From Nitrospirota bacterium (lineage in GTDB: Bacteria > Nitrospinota_A > UBA7883 > JACRGQ01): 14,465 nucleotides of DNA. Location: positions 1-14,465 of the forward strand of contig JAJRYM010000156.1 in the NCBI GenBank assembly GCA_024275775.1, read 5' to 3'. The notes below the pieces were generated by a model. It was not told where the DNA came from and ran no database searches. It saw only the letters and a list, made by a program, of their open reading frames with translations. Position numbers and translations under genes: made by a program. Below, one piece after another: positions 6,669 through 14,096 of this stretch. How positions within the stretch are numbered: position 1 is the first letter of the stretch; the number at the start of each line of letters is the position of its first letter.

Positions 6669-8069
6669 ATGCGAAACCCTCTGCTTGTATCAACCAAATG
6701 CCGCGAATGCGGCGCCCCGATAAGATACCCCGAAGGAGCCTACACGTTCAGATGCGGTTTCTGCTCGTCGGCGCTTAGAACCTCAACGGAGGGACGGGAA
6801 CTTAAATACATCATTCCCGTTAGGCTTTCCCGAAAAGACGTTCTTTTGAGCGTCAAGCGGTTAATAACAACGAACAGGAACGAATACGGCGGTTTGAAAA
6901 AAGTCAGGCATATCAGAAATATCTATAAACCGTTCTGGTACTTCAAAGGGATGGTCTACAGTGCTTGGGCGGAGGCGGGTAAAAACAAAGCCGAGCTACT
7001 GTCAAAACTGTGGTTTCATACTTTTCAGGCGAACACCGAACATATTCCATGGCTTTTTTCGCTCGGGATCAGCTCGGAAGTTCTTACGCTCGAACCTTAC
7101 GACAGCGACCGCTTCCGTGAAGAAGGAACAGTTCTGCCCGTAACTCTTAACAGGGAAGAAGCTGAAGAACAGGCGTTGCTAATAGCGGGAAGGAGCGCGA
7201 GGATAGCGGCTCCCAACGCCCCTTACTTCAGGAATTTCCTAATAGGCGAGCGGTTCTTCCTTCTATATTATCCGCTGGTGCAGGTTGTCTGTTCGGGAGA
7301 GGCCGGTTTGCAAACTCTCTATTTCGACGGCGTAACGGCTAAGTGTGTCGGTGGGGAGGAGGGGGGGAATGCTCTTACGGCGGGTCAAGAGGAAAATTAC
7401 CATATAAAATTTCTGGTGCACAGATGTAAAAACTGCGGGCATGATCTTCAGTCGGCCGATTTCGACCTGTTCTATTATTGCCGTCACTGTTTTCGCCTCT
7501 GGGAGCTGAAAGGGGACGACTATATTTCCCGCAAAGTCCGGATTATCGAACCGTCCGGCAAAGGGAAAACTTTTTACATCCCTTTCTGGCGGTTTGCTGT
7601 GGAAATCGACTCGCCCGGAACCGGAAACCATTTTGCAACGGTGGGGGATTTGAGCAGGTTCATGAAGATGGGCCGCCATCTTTTAAGAAACGAGAATCCC
7701 GATAGGCCGTTAAAGTTTTACATCCCTGCTGTCGTGGCGCGAAACGCCAGGGCTGTGATGAAACTGGCCACCCGGTTGAGCATGTTTCAGAAAGATGTTC
7801 CTCTTTCCGGTTTTTCCGAGTTCCCCTATGAAAATATCCTCAACGTGTCACTGCCTGAACAGGAGGCGGTGGAGATGCTCGAACCGCTTGTCTTCTCAGT
7901 CATAGGAAGGGCCGACCCGCAGGCGGTTTCTTTCTATAAGGATTTTCAAATTAAAACGATTGCAAGAGAGCTGATCTGGTATCCGTTTGAGGATAAGGGA
8001 GCTATGCTTGCGGATCATTATCACGATTATTATTTTCCAAGGAAATCACTCGATATCAGAGCTTTCTAG
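6669..8069 (+). CDS. Zinc-ribbon protein built from an internal tandem duplication (two units of [CxxC..CxxC ribbon + ~200-aa domain with a PFW(Y/R)F motif]). Its function is unknown. It is the likely partner of the upstream SPFH protein.
   Basis: It starts 23 nt after the SPFH gene, with GAGGGG as ribosome-binding site. Ribbon 1 is CRECGAP..x14..CGFC (nt ~6699-6770). Ribbon 2 is CKNCGH..x14..CRHC (nt 7425-7490). The halves carry matching motifs: YKPFWYF vs YIPFWRF, LNREEAEEQALLIAGR vs LPEQEAVEMLEPLVFSVIGR, and FLLYYPL vs LIWYPF. Confidence 0.8.
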   Translation: MRNPLLVSTKCRECGAPIRYPEGAYTFRCGFCSSALRTSTEGRELKYIIPVRLSRKDVLLSVKRLITTNRNEYGGLKKVRHIRNIYKPFWYFKGMVYSAWAEAGKNKAELLSKLWFHTFQANTEHIPWLFSLGISSEVLTLEPYDSDRFREEGTVLPVTLNREEAEEQALLIAGRSARIAAPNAPYFRNFLIGERFFLLYYPLVQVVCSGEAGLQTLYFDGVTAKCVGGEEGGNALTAGQEENYHIKFLVHRCKNCGHDLQSADFDLFYYCRHCFRLWELKGDDYISRKVRIIEPSGKGKTFYIPFWRFAVEIDSPGTGNHFATVGDLSRFMKMGRHLLRNENPDRPLKFYIPAVVARNARAVMKLATRLSMFQKDVPLSGFSEFPYENILNVSLPEQEAVEMLEPLVFSVIGRADPQAVSFYKDFQIKTIARELIWYPFEDKGAMLADHYHDYYFPRKSLDIRAF

Positions 8070-8438
8070 AGCTTTGCCGTTTTCAGTAGAGTCCGGGCAG
8101 TCGCAGCCTAAAAGCTCTTTGGCTTTAGCGCGAGCTTTTTCTTTTTCTACCGGCGTGATGTATTTTAAGGCTATCGAAATGGCGTACGCCAGCACGCCGA
8201 GGTCGTCGGAGTAGCCTACGGCCGGGATGAAATCCGATATCGCGTCCATGGGCACTATGAAATAAATCAACGCTCCGTATATCGTGGTTCTAACCCACGC
8301 GGGGAGGTCGGGTTTTTCCAGCGTGTAAAAGAGGATGAGCGCTTTGCAAATTACTTTACAGCCGATATCTTTCGCGTACTTTTTAAGCTTTTGCCAGAAA
8401 CGCTTTTCCGAGAATTTTTCTTCTTCCAGCGTATTCAT
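8046..8438 (-). CDS. DUF1232 (YkvA-like) small membrane protein
   Basis: Family signature LILFYTLEKPDLPAWVRTTIYGALIYFIVPMDAISDFIPAVGYSDDLGVL, which matches YkvA ...[30 protein letters not shown].... It begins 3 nt after the NUDIX stop on the minus strand. Its last 24 nt overlap the convergent plus-strand gene. Confidence 0.75.
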   Translation of the reverse strand: MNTLEEEKFSEKRFWQKLKKYAKDIGCKVICKALILFYTLEKPDLPAWVRTTIYGALIYFIVPMDAISDFIPAVGYSDDLGVLAYAISIALKYITPVEKEKARAKAKELLGCDCPDSTENGKALESSDIE

Positions 8439-8441
8439 CGG

Positions 8442-8888
8442 CTACTGTTTACGGGAAAAGTAATCTTCAAGAATCCAGGCGTGGTCGAATCCCAGAACAT
8501 CCGGCAGATTTTCGCGCGTAAAGACCCCTATATCGTCGGCATCGTCGTCGGCTTTCGGAGTCCCGTCGGCTGTGGCGGTGAAAACCGTAGAGATTGTATG
8601 CAGGCGCGGGTCGCGCTTCGGGTTGGAATATACGTGAAACTGTTTCAGGTCGCGCAGATCCAGCGAGGTTTCCTCTTTAGCTTCGCGCGCGGCGGCGGTT
8701 TCCACCGATTCGCCGTAGTCCACAAAACCGCCGGGAATAGCCCATACTTTCGGTTCGTTCTTCCGATGGATAAGGATGATTCCGCCGCCTTCCATCTCGA
8801 TGATGATATCCACCGTAGGTTTCGGATTTTGGTAAACCTCTACCGTCTCCCCGCATGCGGGACATTTCACGGAACGCTTTACAGCCAT
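8442..8888 (-). CDS. NUDIX hydrolase with an N-terminal CxxC motif
   Basis: Canonical Nudix box [24 protein letters not shown] (Gx5Ex7REUxEExGU). The protein is 148 aa. CPACGE lies near the N-terminus. Confidence 0.88.
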   Translation of the reverse strand: MAVKRSVKCPACGETVEVYQNPKPTVDIIIEMEGGGIILIHRKNEPKVWAIPGGFVDYGESVETAAAREAKEETSLDLRDLKQFHVYSNPKRDPRLHTISTVFTATADGTPKADDDADDIGVFTRENLPDVLGFDHAWILEDYFSRKQ

Positions 8889-8932
8889 GCCGTTAAGTTT
8901 ACACTTTCCGGCGCGATTTTCGAGGAATCGCC

Positions 8933-9808
8933 TTACTGAATGAGCCCGTACCGCCGGAGAATTTCCTCGAGTTTTGTCCTGTTGCCTTCCGCCATCGGCG
9001 AGAGCGGCAGGCGGAACTCTTCGTTTATCTTCCCCATAAGCGCCGCGGCGGTCTTTACCGGAATCGGGTTAGTTTCCAGAAACATCGCGTGGTGGAGCTC
9101 GCGCATTTCCATGTGCAGTTTAAGCGCCTCATCATGTTTGCCTGCGAAAAACAGGTTGTGCATCTCCGCCATTTTGCCGGGCAGAATGTTCGCCGTTACG
9201 GATATCGACCCACTGGACCCCACGGCAAGGAGAGGGTAATTGATAAAATCGTCTCCCGAAAGCAGAATAAAATCATCAGGGCAGAGGGCAAGCACGTCTA
9301 TCGCTTGGCCGACGGAGCCGGAAGCTTCCTTTATGCCGACTATGTTCGGATGCCCGGCAAGCCGTGCGACAGTTGCCGGCAGAACGTTCAGCGCTGTTCT
9401 GCCCGGAACGTTGTAGAGAATCTGCTGGATATCGGCGGAATCGGCTATCGTCATGTAATGGCGATACACTCCCTCCTGCGTCGGCTTGTTGTAATAGGGA
9501 GAAATCAAAAGCGCGCCGTCCGCTCCGAGGTCTTTTGCCGCGCGGGTAAGCGCTATGGCCTCGCTGGTGGAATTGCTTCCCGTCCCGGCTATGATTTTTA
9601 CCCGTCCGTTAGCGGTTTTTACCGAAATGTCAATCAGTTCCAGGTGTTCTTCGTGGTTCAGGGTGGCCGATTCCCCCGTTGAGCCGCACGGCACTATTCC
9701 CTGGGTTCCGTTTTCTATAAGCCACTCCAGATGGGCGGTGAACCGGCCTGCGTCGATTTTGCCGTTATCGAACGGCGTAACCGAGGCTACGATGGAACCT
9801 TTAAACAT
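8933..9808 (-). CDS. dapA: 4-hydroxy-tetrahydrodipicolinate synthase
   Basis: It shows full-length DapA colinearity: [26 protein letters not shown], the active-site Lys context GIKEASG, and [13 protein letters not shown] ribosome-binding site lies 9 nt upstream on the minus strand. Confidence 0.95.
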   Translation of the reverse strand: MFKGSIVASVTPFDNGKIDAGRFTAHLEWLIENGTQGIVPCGSTGESATLNHEEHLELIDISVKTANGRVKIIAGTGSNSTSEAIALTRAAKDLGADGALLISPYYNKPTQEGVYRHYMTIADSADIQQILYNVPGRTALNVLPATVARLAGHPNIVGIKEASGSVGQAIDVLALCPDDFILLSGDDFINYPLLAVGSSGSISVTANILPGKMAEMHNLFFAGKHDEALKLHMEMRELHHAMFLETNPIPVKTAAALMGKINEEFRLPLSPMAEGNRTKLEEILRRYGLIQ

Positions 9809-9834
9809 TTATGGTTTCTCCTGATAAAAACAGT

Positions 9835-9864
9835 AGTATAGTTTGCCTTATGGGGATTTCGCAA
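9835..9864 (-). promoter_or_regulatory. Candidate sigma70-type promoter for the dapA operon (minus strand: TTGCGA-N18-TATACT)
   Basis: Read on the minus strand, the -35 TTGCGA is the complement of 9859-9864. An 18-nt spacer follows. The -10 TATACT is the complement of 9835-9840. This puts the TSS about 18-25 nt upstream of the dapA ATG at 9808. Confidence 0.35.
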
Positions 9865-9942
9865 TGTTTTTCAGCTTGCGGGGTCTGCCGGAATTCTCTG
9901 AAAAAGTGCCATGTTGGCAGTATTCTAGCTTCATCAAACGAG

Positions 9943-10007
9943 AAAACGTAAAAAATAGCAGAAAATCGGCAAAAAATAGTCAAAAAGTTGCAAAAAAGTC
10001 CAAAAAA
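9943..10007. repeat. Helically phased A-tract array (7 A4-6 tracts at ~10-11-bp spacing), predicted intrinsically curved DNA in the dapA/efp divergent promoter region
   Basis: A-tracts start at 9943, 9950, 9962, 9971, 9982, 9992 and 10002. The units are degenerate GCAAAAAAT(A)G-type repeats, e.g. ggcAAAAAAtagtcAAAAAgttgcAAAAAAgtccAAAAAAtgc. Confidence 0.6.
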
Positions 10008-10016
10008 TGCTTCAAT
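9988..10016 (+). promoter_or_regulatory. Candidate sigma70-type promoter for efp-accBC (TTGCAA-N17-TTCAAT), embedded in the A-tract array that may act as an UP-like element
   Basis: TTGCAA at 9988-9993, then a 17-nt spacer, then TTCAAT at 10011-10016. The efp ATG follows about 35 nt downstream, with GAGGAG 5 nt before it. Confidence 0.35.
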
Positions 10017-10051
10017 TTGGCTAAAAGTAGATTTCCAGCAGAGGAGTTTTT

Positions 10052-10615
10052 ATGATTTCGATGAATGATTTGCACACCGGGCGTAAAATTGAGATAGACG
10101 GTGATATTTTTATAGTTACGAATTTTAAGCATACGAATCCCGGCAAGGGGCAGGCGTTCGTAAAAGTTAAGATAAAAAACCTGAAAACCGGCCAGGTGCT
10201 GGAAAAGACGTTCAAGGGCGGCGACTCAATCAAACTGCCGGATTTTGAAGACAAGGAGATGCAATATCTCTATAAGGATGAATCCGGCTATCACTTTATG
10301 GATACCAGCAATTATGAACAGACTTTCCTTACCGAGGAACAGCTGGGCGACAATGGAAAATTTTTGCAGGAAAACTCCAATGTGAAAGTCCTTTTGCATA
10401 ATGACGAGGTAATAGATATCCAACTTCCGATGCACGTGGTTCTGGAAGTCACGGAAACGGAGCCCGGATTCAAGGGCGATACTACAGGGGCCGCATCCAA
10501 GCCCGCCACGCTGGAGACCGGCGCGGTAATTCAGGTGCCTCTTTTTGTGAATCAGGGCGAGAAAGTAAAAGTTGATACCCGAACGGGTGAATATATTGAA
10601 AGAGCCAAAACCTGA
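10052..10615 (+). CDS. efp: Translation elongation factor P
   Basis: EF-P is colinear over the full 187 aa, including the conserved modification loop NPGKGQAFVKVK and the C-terminal OB domains. Confidence 0.95.
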   Translation: MISMNDLHTGRKIEIDGDIFIVTNFKHTNPGKGQAFVKVKIKNLKTGQVLEKTFKGGDSIKLPDFEDKEMQYLYKDESGYHFMDTSNYEQTFLTEEQLGDNGKFLQENSNVKVLLHNDEVIDIQLPMHVVLEVTETEPGFKGDTTGAASKPATLETGAVIQVPLFVNQGEKVKVDTRTGEYIERAKT

Positions 10616-10638
10616 GGATGTATTGAAAGGGCGGTTTC

Positions 10639-11109
10639 ATGAAACTTGAAGAAATAAAGAAGCTTATAAAGCTTGTTGAAAAAAGCAAAATAAGCAAGCT
10701 TGAAATCGAGGAAAACGACCGGAAGATAAGCATTACGAAATCGGAGGTCGGTACGGCTATTGCTCCGCCCATGCCTTTCGCCGTTCCGCCGCCGCCGGTG
10801 GCTCCAGCCGCGCTGGCCGCGGAAGATGCCAAACCGGCAACAGCTCCGGCAGAGGGAACAGCAAAAAAATATCATGAAATAAAGAGCCCGATGGTGGGAA
10901 CTTTTTATCAGGCTCCGGCCGAGGACGCGGAACCTTTCGTCAAGATCGGCGATAATGTGGAAAAAGGGCAGACGCTTTGCATAATCGAGGCGATGAAACT
11001 CATGAACGAAATAGAGTCGGATGTTCGGGGCGAAGTGATTGAGATTCTTCCCGAAAACGGCGCGCCCATCGAATACGGCGAAGTTCTTGTGAAAATAGAT
11101 CCGGCCTAA
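10639..11109 (+). CDS. accB: Acetyl-CoA carboxylase biotin carboxyl carrier protein
   Basis: Biotinylation motif EAMKLMNEIE. A Pro/Ala-rich linker. N-terminal IKKLIKLVEKSKISKLEIEE. 156 aa. Confidence 0.93.
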   Translation: MKLEEIKKLIKLVEKSKISKLEIEENDRKISITKSEVGTAIAPPMPFAVPPPPVAPAALAAEDAKPATAPAEGTAKKYHEIKSPMVGTFYQAPAEDAEPFVKIGDNVEKGQTLCIIEAMKLMNEIESDVRGEVIEILPENGAPIEYGEVLVKIDPA

Positions 11110-11160
11110 AACCGTGAATTTACCACTCTTTTATTTGCCGCTTTTATAGGATTCGACACG

Positions 11161-12498
11161 GTGTTCAAAAAGGTTCTTATAGCCAACCGCGGCGAGATAG
11201 CCATGCGGATAATTCGCGCCTGCAAGGAGCTGGGTATAAGGTCGGTCGTGGCTCATTCGGAACCGGATGTAGATTCATTGCCGGTCAGATTCGCCGATCA
11301 GGCCGTTTGCATCGGCCCGAGGGAAGCCGCCAAAAGTTATCTTAATATTCCAGCGATTATATCCGCCGCGGAAGTAACTGATTGCGACGCCATTCATCCC
11401 GGGTACGGTTTTCTGTCCGAGAACGCCGGCTTCGCCGATATCTGCGAGTCGTGCAAGATTACCTTTATCGGGCCGTCGGTTAACAATATCCAGTTGATGG
11501 GAAACAAAGTTAAAGCTCGCGAGACAGCCGTGCAGGCTGGTGTTCCCGTTGTGCCGGGGAGCGACGGAGCGATTACGGACGATACGGATGCCGTAAACAC
11601 CGCCAGGGAAATCGGTTTTCCGGTAATGCTGAAAGCCGCCGCCGGGGGTGGCGGCAAAGGTATGCGAGTCGTGCATGATGAGGACGAGCTTCTTGACTCG
11701 CTCAATCTCGTGCGTGCGGAAGCCATGGCCGCTTTCGGAAGCGGCGTCGTATATCTTGAAAAATTCATAGCCGAGCCGAGGCATATCGAGGTGCAGGTGA
11801 TGGGAGACAAACATGGAAACGTGGTGCATATGTTTGAAAGGGACTGTTCCATTCAGCGCCGGCATCAGAAAATCATCGAGGAAGCCCCATCGGCAGGCCT
11901 GGGCGAAGATATCCGCAGGGAGATGGGCGAGATGGCCATAAAACTTGTGAAACATATCGGCTATTACACGGCGGGAACCATCGAGTTCCTTCTGGACGGA
12001 GATAAGAACTTTTATTTTATGGAGATGAATACCCGCTTGCAGGTTGAGCATCCGGTGACGGAAATGGTAATCGGTTTAGACATCGTGAAAGAGCAGATAA
12101 AAACCGCCGCAGGCAGGGAGCTTGGAATCAGCCAGGAGGATATCAAGCTGGACGGCCACAGCATCGAATGCCGGGTAAACGCTGAAGATCCGGAAAACTT
12201 TCTTCCTTCGAGCGGAAAAGTCGAGGAAATCTATTTCCCCGGCGGGCCTGGCGTTAGGGTGGATACGGCTCTGTTTGCCGGGTATGTTGTTACGCCTTTC
12301 TACGATTCCCTTATAGCTAAAGTCATCGTGAAATCCCGCACCCGTCAGGAGGCGATTGCCAGAATGAGGCGGGCGCTGGGAGAGTTCCATATAACCGGCA
12401 TAAAAACCACCATCCCGATTTTGTATCGGATACTTCATTCGGAGCAGTTTGTGGCTGGAAACCTGACTACGCGGTTTCTGGAAGAATTTATGGAATGA
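11161..12498 (+). CDS. accC: Acetyl-CoA carboxylase biotin carboxylase subunit
   Basis: GTG start. N-terminus KVLIANRGEIAMRIIRACKELGI. It matches AccC throughout (ATP-grasp region, HIEVQ..D..GNVVH, EMNTRLQVEHPVTE). Confidence 0.95.
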   Translation: MFKKVLIANRGEIAMRIIRACKELGIRSVVAHSEPDVDSLPVRFADQAVCIGPREAAKSYLNIPAIISAAEVTDCDAIHPGYGFLSENAGFADICESCKITFIGPSVNNIQLMGNKVKARETAVQAGVPVVPGSDGAITDDTDAVNTAREIGFPVMLKAAAGGGGKGMRVVHDEDELLDSLNLVRAEAMAAFGSGVVYLEKFIAEPRHIEVQVMGDKHGNVVHMFERDCSIQRRHQKIIEEAPSAGLGEDIRREMGEMAIKLVKHIGYYTAGTIEFLLDGDKNFYFMEMNTRLQVEHPVTEMVIGLDIVKEQIKTAAGRELGISQEDIKLDGHSIECRVNAEDPENFLPSSGKVEEIYFPGGPGVRVDTALFAGYVVTPFYDSLIAKVIVKSRTRQEAIARMRRALGEFHITGIKTTIPILYRILHSEQFVAGNLTTRFLEEFME

Positions 12499-13967
12499 GC
12501 GAAAAGCGCGAGTTTTTTTCTTCCCGGTGGGGCCTGCTGGCGGCGTCTCTGGGATGCGCCATAGGCGTCGGCAATATATGGCGATTTCCGAGGATGGCGG
12601 CGGAAAACGGCGGCGGCGCTTTTCTTCTGCCGTGGCTGATTTTTCTTTTCGCGTGGTCAATTCCGCTGATAATCGCGGAATATTCTCTCGGCAGAAAAAC
12701 GAGGGAAGGCGTGGTTGGTACCTTCGCGAGTTTCGGAAGAAAAAACAGGGCGTGGATGGGCGCTTTCATAGCGTTCGTCGCGTCGTCGGTTCTTTTCTAT
12801 TACGCGGTGATAGCGGGCTGGTGTTTTTATTATTTTTTCGAGTCTTTAGGCGGGGCTTTCGTAGCGATGAATCCGGGCGAAGCAAAAACCTTTTTTATCG
12901 CCTTTACCGGCGCTCCTGAAAAAACGTTCCTTTTCATGCTGTTGCCGCTTCTTATATGCGGCGGGGTTCTTTTCGGCGGGGGAGTTAAGGGAATAGAGCG
13001 AATGAACTCCATAATGATTCCACTGCTCTTCGTGCTTATGATAATAGCCGCCGTTTACGCATGCAGTCTGCCGGGCGCTATGAAAGGAGTGGAATATCTT
13101 TTCATACCGCGATGGGAGTTTCTGGCAAAATCCGAAACATGGATAAAGGCGCTCGGCCAGTCGGCATGGTCCACGGGCGCGGGGTTCGGCCTTTTCCTTA
13201 CCTACGCCGTTTATGTGAAAGAGGAGGAAGATATAGTCGCCAACTCCATCTTCACCGCCGTAGGCAATAACATCGCCTCGGTTATCGCCGCGCTCTCGGT
13301 GATACCTACGGTCTTCGCCTTCATGCCCGAAGCCGAGGCTACGGCCTCGCTTCAGTCCGGGTCGATAGGTCTTACTTTCTTCACGCTACCGGAACTGTTC
13401 AGTCAGATGCCGATGGGCAGAATTTTTGCGGCTCTCTTTTTTCTTACGCTTATTTTCGCGGCTCTCAGCTCGATGATTTCCCTTGTGGAGCTTCCTGTAA
13501 GAGTGGTGATGGATTTTGGCGTACCCCGGCGGAAGGCCGTTATCATAGTTGTGGCGGTTGCTATTGCTTTGGGTCTGCCTTCGGCGCTGAGTCTCGATTT
13601 TCTGGACAATCAGGATTTCGTATGGGGGCAGGGGCTGATCATCTCCGGCTTTCTTTTCGCTGTTCTGCTCATAAAATACGGCGCGGAACGGTTCCGCCAC
13701 GAGCTTCTTAATACTCAAAGCGGGCTTCATGTGGGAAGCTGGTTCGATAAGGCGATAACCTATTTGATTCCTCTGGAATTCGCCGCGCTGATGATATGGT
13801 GGTTCGTCGAAACCATAAACAGCGAACCGAACTGGTGGAAACTTACCGCCCCGAAAAGTCTTGGAACCTGTCTGCTTCAATGGGGTATAGCTTTTGCGGT
13901 GTTCTATCTTCTTAACGGGTTTCTTAAGAAAAAGATCGCTTCGCAGGAAGAGATGGAACAATCGTAA
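12495..13967 (+). CDS. Neurotransmitter:sodium symporter (NSS/SNF) family transporter
   Basis: NSS signature GVGNIWRFP...NGGGAFLLPW and a 12-TM hydrophobicity pattern. Its start overlaps the accC stop in an ATGA junction. Confidence 0.92.
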   Translation: MSEKREFFSSRWGLLAASLGCAIGVGNIWRFPRMAAENGGGAFLLPWLIFLFAWSIPLIIAEYSLGRKTREGVVGTFASFGRKNRAWMGAFIAFVASSVLFYYAVIAGWCFYYFFESLGGAFVAMNPGEAKTFFIAFTGAPEKTFLFMLLPLLICGGVLFGGGVKGIERMNSIMIPLLFVLMIIAAVYACSLPGAMKGVEYLFIPRWEFLAKSETWIKALGQSAWSTGAGFGLFLTYAVYVKEEEDIVANSIFTAVGNNIASVIAALSVIPTVFAFMPEAEATASLQSGSIGLTFFTLPELFSQMPMGRIFAALFFLTLIFAALSSMISLVELPVRVVMDFGVPRRKAVIIVVAVAIALGLPSALSLDFLDNQDFVWGQGLIISGFLFAVLLIKYGAERFRHELLNTQSGLHVGSWFDKAITYLIPLEFAALMIWWFVETINSEPNWWKLTAPKSLGTCLLQWGIAFAVFYLLNGFLKKKIASQEEMEQS

Positions 13968-14096
13968 AATGGCTGTTTGTTTTCGGTAAAAGCAACCCGG
14001 CTGAAGGGGTTTCGCAAAAACAGCCGATTGTTTAAAAGTTCTGCGAGCTGAATCGATAAAAGTGTAAAATATCCTTTCGATTTTCAGGAGGGAACA

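Noticed and set aside
8391-8939. 182-aa plus-strand ORF, and a 197-aa plus-strand ORF at 9089-9682
   Set aside because: They are antisense to the NUDIX and dapA genes respectively, both of which carry unambiguous family signatures on the minus strand.
9809-9945. Lysine riboswitch (L-box) upstream of dapA, and likewise upstream of lysA at 13968-14096
   Set aside because: Neither region contains the conserved L-box motifs that I recall (AGAGGCGC, GAAAGGGG, GTCGCCGAAG, CTGTCA-type elements). The lysA spacer is too short for the ~180-nt L-box aptamer.
11275-12051. 258-aa and 152-aa minus-strand ORFs inside accC, and a 194-aa minus-strand ORF at 12076-12660
   Set aside because: All are antisense to accC or to the accC/NSS junction, which match their families with high confidence. 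None has motifs.
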